Source: Candidatus Peregrinibacteria bacterium (lineage in GTDB: Bacteria; Patescibacteriota; Gracilibacteria; UBA1369). Taken from it: DNA of 64,000 bases. Below, piece by piece: positions 50,100 to 60,385 of this stretch. A program made the translations under genes and the position numbers. A model generated the notes under the pieces. The model had not been told where the DNA came from. It ran no database searches and worked only from the letters and a program-made list of their open reading frames with translations. Location: contig OY970195.1 in NCBI GenBank assembly GCA_963708185.1, positions 1,152,001-1,216,000 of the forward strand, written 5' to 3'. How positions within the stretch are numbered: the first letter of the stretch is position 1; each line of letters opens with the position of its first letter.

Positions 50100-50340
50100 T
50101 TTACAGGTTTTAAACCGGGCTTCAACAAGCCTAAATCTCAATTTATTTTTTAATTTTCATGCGTTCCTCACGGGGTCCACTCAAAACCAGGTTTTTCCCG
50201 GAAAAGTTTTCAACATACTTCATCACAAAATCTCTCAAGGCGCAAACCCTACTACGTCTTAATATAAAAACATATTCTTACTTTTAATTATTATTTGTAA
50301 AACAGGTTGTCATGCCTTGAAAGTTCGCTATAATGATTGA
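50100..50340. other. Candidate replication origin (oriC-like)
   Basis: AT-rich divergent gap before dnaN; degenerate DnaA boxes TTTTCAACA (50207-50215) and TTCATCACA (50219-50227), then CTACTAC (50249-50255) and an AT-rich tract. Confidence 0.4.
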
Positions 50341-50376
50341 GAAATTTTAGGAAATCCCTTCTTTTTATTCATTTCT

Positions 50377-51483
50377 ATGAAGTTTTTTTGCGCTCAGGCC
50401 GACCTCGAAGAGGCTCTTAATGTTGTTAATAAAGCAATCACGCCAAATACAACATTGCCCGTCTTGAATAATATTCTTTTAAGAGCTGAAGGGAAGAAAC
50501 TTCTTTTTTCAGCGACAAACCTTGAGGTCGCAATTCAACATTCAATTCCGGCGGATATTCGTTCCGAAGGAGCCATTACCGTTCCCGCAAAACTTATTAC
50601 AAGTTACATTTCTTTACTAAAAGACGAGAAAATTGAAGCCACGCTGGGGGATGGAAACACCCTTACCCTCTCATCCACCTCTTCCCAAACCAAGATCAAG
50701 GGTATTAACGCAGAAGAGTTTCCGGTGATCCCTAAAGTTCCCAAAGAAAACACGATAAAAGTTTCTTCCAAAGATTTAAACAGTGCGATTACCCAGACTG
50801 TTTTTGCTGCTTCTTCAAACACCTCCAGGCCGGTTCTTTCGGGTGTTCTTTTTGACCTCGACAGGGACAGCCTGAAGATTGTTGCCACCGACAGTTACCG
50901 CTTGGCTGAAAGAAAAATCGTCCTCAAGGAAAAGACCTCCATTTCCCTCCAGTCGGTCATTCCTTCAAGGACCATTTCTGAATTGGGGAAGATTCTTTCC
51001 AAGGCTCAAGAGGAAGATGTTGAGATAAACCTGACGAAAAACCAGGTTCTCTTCACTATTGGAAGCATTGAGCTGATGTCCCGCCTGATTGAAGGGAAAT
51101 TTCCGGATTATGAGAAGATCATTCCAAAGACCACAAAGACGAAAGTGACGGTATCCACCGAAGACTTGTCTTTGGTTATCAAGCGTGTTAGCTTGTTCGC
51201 CCGCGAAAACAATAACAGCATTAAGCTCGCCGCGACCAACGATGGTAAAATTATTATTTCCACTGAAGAAACAAAAATCGGTGAAGAAAAAGCCGAGGTC
51301 GCCGTGAAGGTGGAGGGTGAAAACAATAAAATCGCACTCAACGCCCAGTATTTGCTCGATGTTTTGACCTTTATCCAGGCGGACAAGGTGTTGATAGAGG
51401 TTGAAGATAAACTTTCGCCGGCCGTGATCCGTCCACTGGAAAACAAGGATTACGTGTATATCATCATGCCACTCAAAATTTAG
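50377..51483 (+). CDS. dnaN: DNA polymerase III beta sliding clamp
   Basis: TLPVLNNI, SATNLE, RPVLSGV, VATDSYRLA, RLIEGKFPDY, YIIMPL. Confidence 0.98.
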   Translation: MKFFCAQADLEEALNVVNKAITPNTTLPVLNNILLRAEGKKLLFSATNLEVAIQHSIPADIRSEGAITVPAKLITSYISLLKDEKIEATLGDGNTLTLSSTSSQTKIKGINAEEFPVIPKVPKENTIKVSSKDLNSAITQTVFAASSNTSRPVLSGVLFDLDRDSLKIVATDSYRLAERKIVLKEKTSISLQSVIPSRTISELGKILSKAQEEDVEINLTKNQVLFTIGSIELMSRLIEGKFPDYEKIIPKTTKTKVTVSTEDLSLVIKRVSLFARENNNSIKLAATNDGKIIISTEETKIGEEKAEVAVKVEGENNKIALNAQYLLDVLTFIQADKVLIEVEDKLSPAVIRPLENKDYVYIIMPLKI

Positions 51484-51525
51484 TTTTACCTATCAAGAGA
51501 ACATTCTGAGGTCCCCAGGTCTTTT

Positions 51526-54500
51526 ATGGAAACTTTGAAAAATCTGATTCACTTTTTCCCCTCTGTCCAAAACGGGCGCGTTTTGGAGCTTTTGGAAAAC
51601 CAAAAAAGCGCAAGTTTATCGGGTGCCGGAAACTATTCTTCCAAAGTGTTCGTTTTCAGTGACGTTTTCCGGAAGCTTGATAACTTAAAAACAGTGCTGT
51701 GGATTGTGACGGATCACGCCGAGATGGAACACGTGGTGCGCTCTTTGAAGCTGTGGAGTGATGTAGATGTCCATGGGTTTGATCATGAAAATTCGGATGC
51801 CGGCAACGTTCGAGAGGTTGAAAAGAATAACCGCATCAAGATGATTGAAATGGTCGCCAGGCTTCACAGCAAGGAAAAGAAAATCGTTGTCGCCACCTAC
51901 ACGAGTTTGATGATCAACTTCCCCGATTATCACGAGATCGTTGAGGGAAAATTCACAATGAAAGCAGGGGAGCCTATTGACGCCATGGCGTTTTTTGAAG
52001 AGCTTATCGGCAAGGGGTATGAAGTGAGCGAAGATCAATATCTGGAAAAGGGTACGTATCATCGCAGCGGCGACGTCCTCTCAATTTTTCCTGTGAATTT
52101 TGACGATCCGGTTAAGGTGGAAATCGGGTTCGACAAGATTGAAAAAATTTACACCTATGACCAGGAGAGCAGGGAAGAAATCAAGCAGCTCAAGCACGTT
52201 GAACTGTACCCATTGAAGACGGTTTCTACATATAAAGGAATAGGTGACCATTTAAATACACAGTGCCTGGTGATTGAGGACGAGGTTGATGTTGTCGACG
52301 AATACTATGAGGCCTGGAACGGCGTTTTTGACGAACTGTACGGGAAAATCCATTATTTGAGTTTTGTGACGTTCAATGATGATGAAGAGCGCCACCAGCA
52401 CCTGCACTATCTTTCGGTCCTGAAGTACCGAGGCGCGTATGATCTCAGCAACGACCTTCGGGAAAAATACCGTGACGGGTGGCGCACACTTGTATTTACC
52501 AAGGACATCAAGGAGATGGAAAATATTTTTGAAGAACACAAAGTCCACCACACGACCGACCTCCACGCCAACAACGTGACAGCCCCGAACGTTTATTTGA
52601 TCGAAGTCGATAAGGAAGACGTTTTCCCGCACTCTTTCCAGAATCCCGAGCTTAAACTGGCCCTGGTAACTGACCGTGAGGTCTCAACGATCAAGGAAGA
52701 AAAGAAAAAGTATTTCAACCAGAAGGTCTACCTGGATTTTTTGACGAGCCTTAAAAATAACGATTACGTGGTCCATTCCGATTACGGTATCGCCAAGTTT
52801 TTGGGACTTGAAAAGAAAACGATCGACGATATCACGAGGGAGTATCTGAAGCTTGGGTATGCCGAGAATGACAAACTCTTTGTGCCGATCGACCAGGCCG
52901 ACAAGGTCAACAAATTCATTGGTGCGGACGAGATTGTTCCGCATTTGACGAGACTTGGTTCCGCAGAGTGGAACACCATCACCCATAAAGTGAAGAAGGA
53001 AACCGAAATTATCGCCAAGGAGCTGTTGGCGCTTTACGCCCAGCGTAAAAGTGCCAGAGGTTTTGCTTTCAAGGGGGACACACCCGTGCAACTCAGGTTT
53101 GAAGAGACCTTCCCTTACGAGGAAACCCCGGGTCAGCTCAAGGCCATCGTTGACGTAAAGCATGATATGGAAAGGGCCATCCCCATGGACCGTTTGGTGT
53201 GCGGAGACGTGGGGTTCGGGAAAACGGAAGTGGCGATGAGGGCAGCTTTCAAAGCCGTTAAAAACGGCAAGCAGGTCGCATTGATCTCTCCCATCACTAT
53301 TCTTGCCGATCAGCATTTCCGTTCTTTCAGGAAACGTATGGACGAGTTTGATGTGCGCATCGAAATGCTCAGCCGTTTTAAATCCGCCGCCGAGCAGAAG
53401 AAGATCATTAAGGCCATGGAGCGCGGGGAGGTGGATATTGTCATCGGAACCCACCGTCTGCTTCAACCGGACGTTAAGTTCAAGAATCTGGGGCTGGTCA
53501 TTATCGATGAGGAGCAGCGGTTCGGCGTGAAACAGAAAGAGGCTTTGAAACAGCTGCGTACGGAAGTGGACGTGCTGACGCTTACGGCAACGCCGATCCC
53601 GCGTACGTTGAACATCGCCCTGAATAAATTGCGTGACATCAGCACCATCACCACGCCGCCGCCGGGACGTTTGCCGGTGATCACCGAGGTGCGCAGGTTT
53701 TCCAACGGGATCATCCGCGAGGCGATTTTGAGAGAGGTTGAGCGCGGCGGGCAGGTGTACTTCCTCCATAACCGCGTGCAGACGATTGACGGCATGGCGG
53801 AAAAATTAAGGTCGCTTGTGCCCGAAGCCCGCTTCGGCGTGGCCCACGGGAAACTGGGGAGTTCAGATCTTGAGGACAGGATCATCGCCTTCAAGGAGCA
53901 TCAGTTCGACGTGCTCGTGAGTTCAACGATCATTGAAAACGGCATCGATCTCGCCAACGCCAATACGCTCATCGTCAACAACGCCGACCGTTTCGGCCTG
54001 GCCCAGCTTTATCAGCTGAGAGGGCGCGTGGGCCGCAGCAAAACCCAGGCCTACGCGTACTTTTTGTACCACGGACAGCGCCTGAAGCTCAGCGCCAAGA
54101 AGCGCCTGAGAGCCATTGTGGAAGCTACTGAACTGGGGAGCGGTTTCCAGATCGCCATGAAAGATCTTGAGATCCGCGGGGCAGGTGACATTCTCGGCGC
54201 CAAACAGCACGGGGTCATCAATGTTGTCGGCGTCAGCCATTTTATCCGTATGCTCAACAAGGCCGTGGAAGACCTCAAGGCCGGCAAGCTTGCCCAGCCG
54301 GGGGAAGAGGGGCCGGAAGACGTGACGATCGAATTGCCTTTAACCGCCTATATCCCGGACACCTACATCGTGAGCTCCAAAGAGAAGATCAATGTGTATC
54401 AGAAACTTTCTTCTGTTGATAACATGGAGTACCTTGAGGAGATCCGCGACGAACTCATCGAGGATTACGGCAAACTTCCCAAAGAAGTTTCCAATCTTTT

Positions 54501-54795
54501 CCACGTCATCGAGCTGAAAATTCTGGCGAAGAAAGCCGGTATTGCCCAGGTGAAGGCGGAAAGTGTCTACCTGAGCAAGGGAAAGGAGATCGTCCTGTTG
54601 ATGTCGAGCAAGGTCAAGCCGGAGAACATCATGAATCTGCTTGAGCACAATTCCAAGTGGATGATCAGCGGCAACAAGCTCCGCATCAAGATTGAAGACC
54701 TTACGACCCAGTGGGTCGATATGTTGAAAAGTTGTTTAGAATGGTTGGCCGGCAGCATAAAAGTTGATGAAAAGTCGGAAGCAAAGAAATCTTAA
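51526..54795 (+). CDS. mfd: Transcription-repair coupling factor
   Basis: [64 protein letters not shown] domain. Confidence 0.97.
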   Translation: METLKNLIHFFPSVQNGRVLELLENQKSASLSGAGNYSSKVFVFSDVFRKLDNLKTVLWIVTDHAEMEHVVRSLKLWSDVDVHGFDHENSDAGNVREVEKNNRIKMIEMVARLHSKEKKIVVATYTSLMINFPDYHEIVEGKFTMKAGEPIDAMAFFEELIGKGYEVSEDQYLEKGTYHRSGDVLSIFPVNFDDPVKVEIGFDKIEKIYTYDQESREEIKQLKHVELYPLKTVSTYKGIGDHLNTQCLVIEDEVDVVDEYYEAWNGVFDELYGKIHYLSFVTFNDDEERHQHLHYLSVLKYRGAYDLSNDLREKYRDGWRTLVFTKDIKEMENIFEEHKVHHTTDLHANNVTAPNVYLIEVDKEDVFPHSFQNPELKLALVTDREVSTIKEEKKKYFNQKVYLDFLTSLKNNDYVVHSDYGIAKFLGLEKKTIDDITREYLKLGYAENDKLFVPIDQADKVNKFIGADEIVPHLTRLGSAEWNTITHKVKKETEIIAKELLALYAQRKSARGFAFKGDTPVQLRFEETFPYEETPGQLKAIVDVKHDMERAIPMDRLVCGDVGFGKTEVAMRAAFKAVKNGKQVALISPITILADQHFRSFRKRMDEFDVRIEMLSRFKSAAEQKKIIKAMERGEVDIVIGTHRLLQPDVKFKNLGLVIIDEEQRFGVKQKEALKQLRTEVDVLTLTATPIPRTLNIALNKLRDISTITTPPPGRLPVITEVRRFSNGIIREAILREVERGGQVYFLHNRVQTIDGMAEKLRSLVPEARFGVAHGKLGSSDLEDRIIAFKEHQFDVLVSSTIIENGIDLANANTLIVNNADRFGLAQLYQLRGRVGRSKTQAYAYFLYHGQRLKLSAKKRLRAIVEATELGSGFQIAMKDLEIRGAGDILGAKQHGVINVVGVSHFIRMLNKAVEDLKAGKLAQPGEEGPEDVTIELPLTAYIPDTYIVSSKEKINVYQKLSSVDNMEYLEEIRDELIEDYGKLPKEVSNLFHVIELKILAKKAGIAQVKAESVYLSKGKEIVLLMSSKVKPENIMNLLEHNSKWMISGNKLRIKIEDLTTQWVDMLKSCLEWLAGSIKVDEKSEAKKS

Positions 54796-56171
54796 TGTTG
54801 AAAACTTTGTCCAATTATCCTGCGCGCACAAAGCGAAATCACAGTATTCTTGAGGCGATCCGGACTTTTGAACAGGACGGAGTCCTGAAAAAATGCTGGG
54901 TGGCCGGAAGGGTCATCGGGATTCTCGACGAAGGGTTCGTTCTTCAAGACGACAACGGAAGAATGGATATTTTTTTTGAAAAGAAGGTTCGGGTCGGGGA
55001 CATCGTGGAGGTTGAACTCGGCGCTGAACAGAGATTCCTCAAAGGGCGGGAGGCGACGACCGTTTATATGGGAAAGCAATGCAGGGTGCTCGTTCCGTGC
55101 CTCGGTGATTTTTACATACGCAGAGAAGATCCGAACTATCTGAAGATGGTCATTGATTTGCGCCTGAAGGAGTTTCTCATAGAGCGGACCAAGATTCTCA
55201 AAGGTATCCGCGAATTTTTTTGGAACAAAGATTTTCTGGAGGTCGAAACTCCGGAGCTGGTGAAACTTCCCGGCATGGAGCCTTATCTTGATGTTTTTAA
55301 AACAACGTTTACCGGGCTTCCGCTGGAAGGGGAAACTCCGCCGCCGCAAGACATGTTTTTGATTACCTCTCCGGAATATGCCATGAAGAAGCTTCTTGTT
55401 GCTGGTCATGAGAAGATTTTCCAGCTGACGAAGAGTTTCAGGAACAAGGAACATGAGAGCACGTTGCATAATCCCGAATTCACGATGCTGGAATGGTATC
55501 GCTCTTTTGCCTCGTACGAAGAGATTATGAAGGATGTCGAAGAGCTCGTGAGTGTGCTTGCCTCGAACCTGCTCGACGACCACTGGATCACGTTCGCCCA
55601 GCACCGGGTGGATGTTTCCGCGCCCTGGGACAGGGTAAAAGTAAAGGATCTTTTCCAGCAGTACGCCCACATCACGCACGAGGACTTCGAGGATGTTGAA
55701 AAATTCAGGAAAGCTCTCAGGCAACAGGGCTACAAGGTTACGTCCAAAACTCCGTATGAAGACATGTTTTTCATGGTTTTTTTGAACGTGATCGAACCGA
55801 ACCTTGGGGTGAAGAAACCGGTGATCGTCTATGAATATCCCGCGCAGATGGCGGCGCTTTCCAAACGTTGCGAAAACGATCCGGAGTACGCCGAAAGGTT
55901 TGAGGTGTACATTGCCGGCATGGAGCTCTGCAACGCTTTTACCGAGCTCAACGATCCGGCGGAACAGCGGACCCGGCTTGAAGAGGAACGCAAACAACGC
56001 AAGGCCCTGAAAAAGGATGATTATACCGTTGACCAAAGCTTTATCCGTGCATTAGAATTCGGCATGCCGCCTTCGGGGGGCATTGCCCTGGGAGTTGACC
56101 GGCTGGTCATGCTCTTGACGGGAGTGACGGACATCAGGGACATTGTCTACTTTCCCCACCGCGATCTTTAA
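54795..56171 (+). CDS. epmA: EF-P lysine aminoacylase EpmA/GenX with extra N-terminal OB-fold-like domain
   Basis: [51 protein letters not shown]; adjacent to efp; TAATG overlap with mfd. Confidence 0.88.
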   Translation: MLKTLSNYPARTKRNHSILEAIRTFEQDGVLKKCWVAGRVIGILDEGFVLQDDNGRMDIFFEKKVRVGDIVEVELGAEQRFLKGREATTVYMGKQCRVLVPCLGDFYIRREDPNYLKMVIDLRLKEFLIERTKILKGIREFFWNKDFLEVETPELVKLPGMEPYLDVFKTTFTGLPLEGETPPPQDMFLITSPEYAMKKLLVAGHEKIFQLTKSFRNKEHESTLHNPEFTMLEWYRSFASYEEIMKDVEELVSVLASNLLDDHWITFAQHRVDVSAPWDRVKVKDLFQQYAHITHEDFEDVEKFRKALRQQGYKVTSKTPYEDMFFMVFLNVIEPNLGVKKPVIVYEYPAQMAALSKRCENDPEYAERFEVYIAGMELCNAFTELNDPAEQRTRLEEERKQRKALKKDDYTVDQSFIRALEFGMPPSGGIALGVDRLVMLLTGVTDIRDIVYFPHRDL

Positions 56172-56206
56172 ACCGCTTATAACTAATAATTAACAACACA
56201 TCATTT

Positions 56207-56767
56207 ATGTTGACGTCAGATTTCAAAAAAGGATTGCCGATCAAATATAACGGAGACACGTATATTATTGTCGGATATCAGTTCGTGAATCCCGGCAAAG
56301 GAACCGCTTTTACCCGCACCAAGATCAAGAACGCCAAATCCCAGAAGGTGATGGAAGTTACCTTCAAGAGCGGTGAAAATATTGAAGGCGCTGAAGTTGA
56401 ATATCGTAAATGCCAGTACCTTTACAACGACGGCAAGGATTTTTACTTCATGGACAATACGAACTTCGAACAGATCTCCATCCCGGCGGATAACGTCGGG
56501 GACATGGCTGACTACATGATGGACGGCAGCGAAGTGACCTGCGTCTATATCGACGGCCTGCCCTTCACCATCCAGCTTCCTCCAAAGATGGAGTTCAAGG
56601 TCATCGATTCTCCTCCGGGTGAAAAGGGCGATACCGCCACCGGCGGGACCAAACACGTGACGATTGAAACAGGCGCCAAAGTTTCCGCTCCGCTTTTCAT
56701 CAAGGAAGGTGACGTTATACGCGTCAACACGGATACCGGAGAGTACGTGGAACGCGTGACAAGGTAA
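56207..56767 (+). CDS. efp: Elongation factor P
   Basis: VNPGKGTAF (Lys loop), QYLY, FMD, PGEKGDTA, ETG, PLFI, GEYVER. Confidence 0.97.
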   Translation: MLTSDFKKGLPIKYNGDTYIIVGYQFVNPGKGTAFTRTKIKNAKSQKVMEVTFKSGENIEGAEVEYRKCQYLYNDGKDFYFMDNTNFEQISIPADNVGDMADYMMDGSEVTCVYIDGLPFTIQLPPKMEFKVIDSPPGEKGDTATGGTKHVTIETGAKVSAPLFIKEGDVIRVNTDTGEYVERVTR

Positions 56768-56830
56768 CATTTTGTCCCGCAGAACGTTCTAGACATTGCG
56801 CGCTTTCAACATCCACTAACATCAAAATAT

Positions 56831-57484
56831 ATGAAGAAATTTTTTGCTTTCATCATCGGAGCAGCGTTGTTGTTTCAAACCTCGGCGGTTTTCGCGGCCG
56901 ATGAAATCTACGGCATGCCTTCAAGCACGCTGGAACCGGCCATTGCATCACTTTTGAGTTTCAACCACTGGCTGTATCAGAACGGCTATGAGGGAATCAA
57001 CTACATCAATAAGAACTATTTTGATGCCCGGGCCCAGGCCATGCAATGGGATCAAGGCGCATTGTTGAGAAAAGTTACCGTGTACAATCCTCCGGTTGAC
57101 GGAAGTTCTTGCGATTATGAGTTTGGGGCAGCTGACAAAACGGACGAAGTTTTTGATGCTGCGTGTGTTGATCCTCAAACTTCAACTCTTGAAGGACACG
57201 TTGTTCCGGCCGATACGGCGGTGAGCCAGGACGAGCTTTTTGATCTCCAGAACATGACGCTGCGCAACTTTGTTTCGAACATCCTGGCTTCCATGGAAGT
57301 ACTTTACGGACTCCGCGATTATTTCGGCGGGGATTCCGTCAGCGGCACGACGATGGTTTTCGCCAAGTCCGGGGACGAAGTCCACTGGACCTGGGGCATC
57401 GATGATAACACCAAGGCCCGCCATGTTGATGTGTATGCTAATACCGCCGACCGCAACGCCAAGCCGCAGATGATCAAGCAATAG
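56831..57484 (+). CDS. Secreted hypothetical protein
   Basis: Sec signal MKKFFAFIIGAALLFQTSAVFA; acidic mature domain. Confidence 0.75.
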   Translation: MKKFFAFIIGAALLFQTSAVFAADEIYGMPSSTLEPAIASLLSFNHWLYQNGYEGINYINKNYFDARAQAMQWDQGALLRKVTVYNPPVDGSSCDYEFGAADKTDEVFDAACVDPQTSTLEGHVVPADTAVSQDELFDLQNMTLRNFVSNILASMEVLYGLRDYFGGDSVSGTTMVFAKSGDEVHWTWGIDDNTKARHVDVYANTADRNAKPQMIKQ

Positions 57485-57497
57485 GGCATCGCAGACT

Positions 57498-57526
57498 TGA
57501 CTTTCCCGGCGTAATATTTTAAAATT
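57498..57526 (+). promoter_or_regulatory. Sigma70 promoter of ssrA
   Basis: TTGACT-N17-TAAAAT about 13 nt before the tmRNA 5' end. Confidence 0.6.
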
Positions 57527-57538
57527 GTATCCTTGTAC

Positions 57539-57952
57539 GGGGATGTAAGGCTTTCGACAAGAATTGATCTTTTACAAACTGCAATCCGGGGATCGCGCTG
57601 TCTCCCCGTAGATCCGTCCAGCGCAACTAGAGTGCAAACTCTGTAAAACTCGCTGCAGCTCGTCTGCGCGAAGCTATGTCCGTGGGCAATTTTGCTCCAG
57701 CCATGGCTTAAATCCGTTACGCCTTTGCGCGGAACGTCATTCACCCTTTGATGTCTATTGGGAGGATTGAATGTCATTAGTAGGCTAAGCTCTGCTTCAC
57801 CTTGCTGCAGAGACGAAAATCTTAAAGGTTACGCCGGATGAGTTTTTGGCTCCATTTCTATTCATTCGGTCGACAATTTAAAAGGAGCTATGATTGTAGG
57901 CGTTTGCGACAGACATTTTTGGACCCGGGTTCAATTCCCGGCATCTCCACCA
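57539..57952 (+). ncRNA. ssrA: tmRNA
   Basis: 5' GGGGATG pairs with 3' CATCTCC-ACCA and has the G3:U alanine identity pair; TTCGAC after the D-like loop; T arm CCGGGTTCAATTCCCGG; tag ORF 57634-57711 ANSVKLAAARLREAMSVGNFAPAMA*. Confidence 0.95.
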
Positions 57953-58016
57953 AATTTTTTGTTTTGCCACACCCGGAAAAGTGTGGTAAATATTTTGCCT
58001 GTCTTATTTTTAGCTT

Positions 58017-58514
58017 ATGGATCGAGAAAATGAACCTTCCGGGTACCCGGTGAGCGTGGAGGAAGGCATTAAAGACGTTCTGGAAGGAAGCACTCCGTGT
58101 TCTCCGGAACAGGTGCAGTACGGCGATGTTGTCATTGCCGTCGTCCAGCTTGGAGTGCGGGTTTCACTGCGGTACATTTTTGAAAACCAGGTTCCTCCGG
58201 AGGGGCATCATCAGTCACGGGAGGTACGCGGGCTCCAGGTTTTGCAGCCCTATCTTGAAGCGGACCGATCCTTGCGACGCGAGCTGTGTGATGAGGCCAT
58301 CGATGATCTGGAGGATCGTTTTTCGTCGGTCATCAGTCCGAGTTCCATGAACATGCTGCGCATCTACATCGGCAATGCGTTGTTGGATGGAGAAGACCCT
58401 TTCAGGCCAATGCCGCTGGAGATGTTTCCTCCGGACGTGGTTCATGTTAATCTGCTTTCTTTCCTGACGATGGACCTGAGCCGTTTCGACAAACTGGGAA
58501 GGATGGTCCAGTAA
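58017..58514 (+). CDS. Orphan hypothetical protein
   Basis: 165 aa ORF directly after tmRNA. Confidence 0.6.
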   Translation: MDRENEPSGYPVSVEEGIKDVLEGSTPCSPEQVQYGDVVIAVVQLGVRVSLRYIFENQVPPEGHHQSREVRGLQVLQPYLEADRSLRRELCDEAIDDLEDRFSSVISPSSMNMLRIYIGNALLDGEDPFRPMPLEMFPPDVVHVNLLSFLTMDLSRFDKLGRMVQ

Positions 58515-58541
58515 GATACGTTTATTCATTATTTTTATAGT

Positions 58542-59162
58542 ATGGAAACTTTACCTCAACAATCACGGCTGATGTTCCTGCTTGAGGATTTGGCGGACTG
58601 CCGAAGAGCGATAGGACCAGTCGGCAAGGGATCTTCTGCAGAGTATGAGCGCAGGCGGGGTGTATGGAATCGTTCATGTGAAAATATGGAAAAACTTCTG
58701 GCAAAAGAGGAACCTTCAAGATTGAGTGATATTGAACTTTTCAACGCCATGGAAGAGTTATGGCAATGGGTGTACGAAGACGATGCCAATGTGGGAAAGA
58801 ATCAGCTTGTTGAGTCGTTGAAAGAGGAAGGGAAAAGGAGGCTGCGAAAACATTTTGCAGATTTAGGAGCGAAGACGCTGGCGTTCGCGTTTCATAAGGA
58901 TCTCGGTTCCGTCGTCATAACCATAAGTTTTGACCGCAGGACGTTCGATCTGCTTAAAAAGAAAGGCGTTTTCGCGCTTGCGGAAGAGCTTGAGATGGAT
59001 CCTAAAAATCCGCACATCAAAGCCGTGCAGATACACGCCTACGAAGCGGGAGATGATTTCATCCTACCTCTTGAAGAAACCATGAAGAGGGCAGATTTTG
59101 CGCCCAGGATCGAGATTTCCGGAAGAGTGAAGAGCGTCATGTCCGATCCGAATTTGAACTAG
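58542..59162 (+). CDS. Orphan hypothetical protein
   Basis: 206 aa ORF with an AT-rich leader. Confidence 0.65.
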   Translation: METLPQQSRLMFLLEDLADCRRAIGPVGKGSSAEYERRRGVWNRSCENMEKLLAKEEPSRLSDIELFNAMEELWQWVYEDDANVGKNQLVESLKEEGKRRLRKHFADLGAKTLAFAFHKDLGSVVITISFDRRTFDLLKKKGVFALAEELEMDPKNPHIKAVQIHAYEAGDDFILPLEETMKRADFAPRIEISGRVKSVMSDPNLN

Positions 59163-59195
59163 TCCGGGACGGCGAGGTTGTTCTACAATGGCCAT

Positions 59196-59602
59196 ATGAA
59201 CTTTCCCGTTGAACTGCCGCCGCATTTTTTAACCAAAGCCGAAGAGCTGAAGATTTTTCCGTGGGACATCACGGAGCATTTTGTGCGCGGCAGCGGCAAG
59301 GGCGGCCAGAAAATCAACAAGACGTCGAGCACCGTTCTTTTGCGGCACATTCCCACCGGCATCGAGGTGCGCTGTCAGAAACATCGTGAGCAAAGCAAAA
59401 ACAGGCTTTCGGCGTATAAGCTTTTGATTCTGAAGATCGAGGAAAAAAAGATGGGGCCCGTTCGGAGCGTGCCAGGAAAATTTTCAAACTGAAGAAACAG
59501 AAACAGAAACGTTCCAAGCGGGCCAAGGAAAAAATGCTCGAGTACAAACATAAACGGAGCGAGATCAAAAAAAACCGCAGGATTGGAGGTTTTGACGATT
59601 AG
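59196..59602 (+). CDS. ArfB/YaeJ-like GGQ peptidyl-tRNA hydrolase; basic tail lies in the -1 frame
   Basis: FVRGSGKGGQKINKT, RHIPTG, CQKHREQSKNR; -1 frame continues GARSERARKIFKLKKQKQKRSKRAKEKMLEYKHKRSEIKKNRR to TAG at 59600-59602. Confidence 0.88.
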
Positions 59603-60381
59603 ATGAGATCCGCGCGGATGGTCTTGCTCAGCTCAGACTTGAGATGCATCTGGTCGGCGTCCGTGATATGCCTCGTTCCCTGGATCAGCGAACGGATGTG
59701 CTCATTCATGGCGCGCAGGTGCTGCGAGCCGTGAAGATCGATGAAGACAGACCCTTCGTTGAATTCATTGAGGTCTTTTTTATCAACGGGGTTTTTGTGC
59801 TTGAGGGTATCGACCATCTTGATGACGGTATTGATGTAGTCGTTGTAGACGCTGACTTTTTGTTTCGTCATGACGTTGCGCAGGTGCGTGCGGTTCTGTC
59901 GTTCCATGCGCCGGGATTCGCGTTCGACGACGCCCTTTTTCATCATCAGCAAGCCCAGAATCCAGAGGATTCCTCCTGCGATCGATCCGAAAAAGAGGAT
60001 TGTCATGACGATGATCTCGTTCCCCATGGCCTGATTGAGGGTGGCCGCGCATTTATCCTGGTCGCAGACGAGCGTGGTGTCTTGAGGTGTTGTTGTTTCC
60101 TGGGTGAGGGCCGGTACGACGGGGATGTCCGTCGGGGTGGGAAGGTTGGCCCTTGTGCCTGTTATCCCCGTGGTTTTTGTTCCGGCCGTTCCGCCGGTGC
60201 TCGTCCCGGTGGCTCCTCCGATGCGTGTTCCGGTGGTCGATCCGCCCCCGGTCGGCGTTGGCTGGCCCGAAACGACCGCTCCGGGCACGTTGGTCAAGCT
60301 TTGCGCAAAAACCGCCTGACCCTGCAACAGCAGGCTCATAAGGATCATGGCGCAAGTTGTCAGTATGGTGAGTTTTTTCAT
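59599..60381 (-). CDS. Signal peptide, Thr/Gly linker, TM and cytoplasmic helical domain
   Basis: Start MKKLTIL; C-terminal domain similar to that of 60386-61024. Confidence 0.75.
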   Translation of the reverse strand: MKKLTILTTCAMILMSLLLQGQAVFAQSLTNVPGAVVSGQPTPTGGGSTTGTRIGGATGTSTGGTAGTKTTGITGTRANLPTPTDIPVVPALTQETTTPQDTTLVCDQDKCAATLNQAMGNEIIVMTILFFGSIAGGILWILGLLMMKKGVVERESRRMERQNRTHLRNVMTKQKVSVYNDYINTVIKMVDTLKHKNPVDKKDLNEFNEGSVFIDLHGSQHLRAMNEHIRSLIQGTRHITDADQMHLKSELSKTIRADLI

Positions 60382-60385
60382 GAAT

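Noticed and set aside
54795-56171. Calling this gene lysS
   Set aside because: [18 protein letters not shown] and MLEWY signatures and adjacency to efp fit EpmA better.
57953-59162. Prophage or integrative element at the tmRNA 3' end (likewise at tRNA-Asp)
   Set aside because: I saw no integrase, phage genes or duplicated att sequence, only orphan ORFs.
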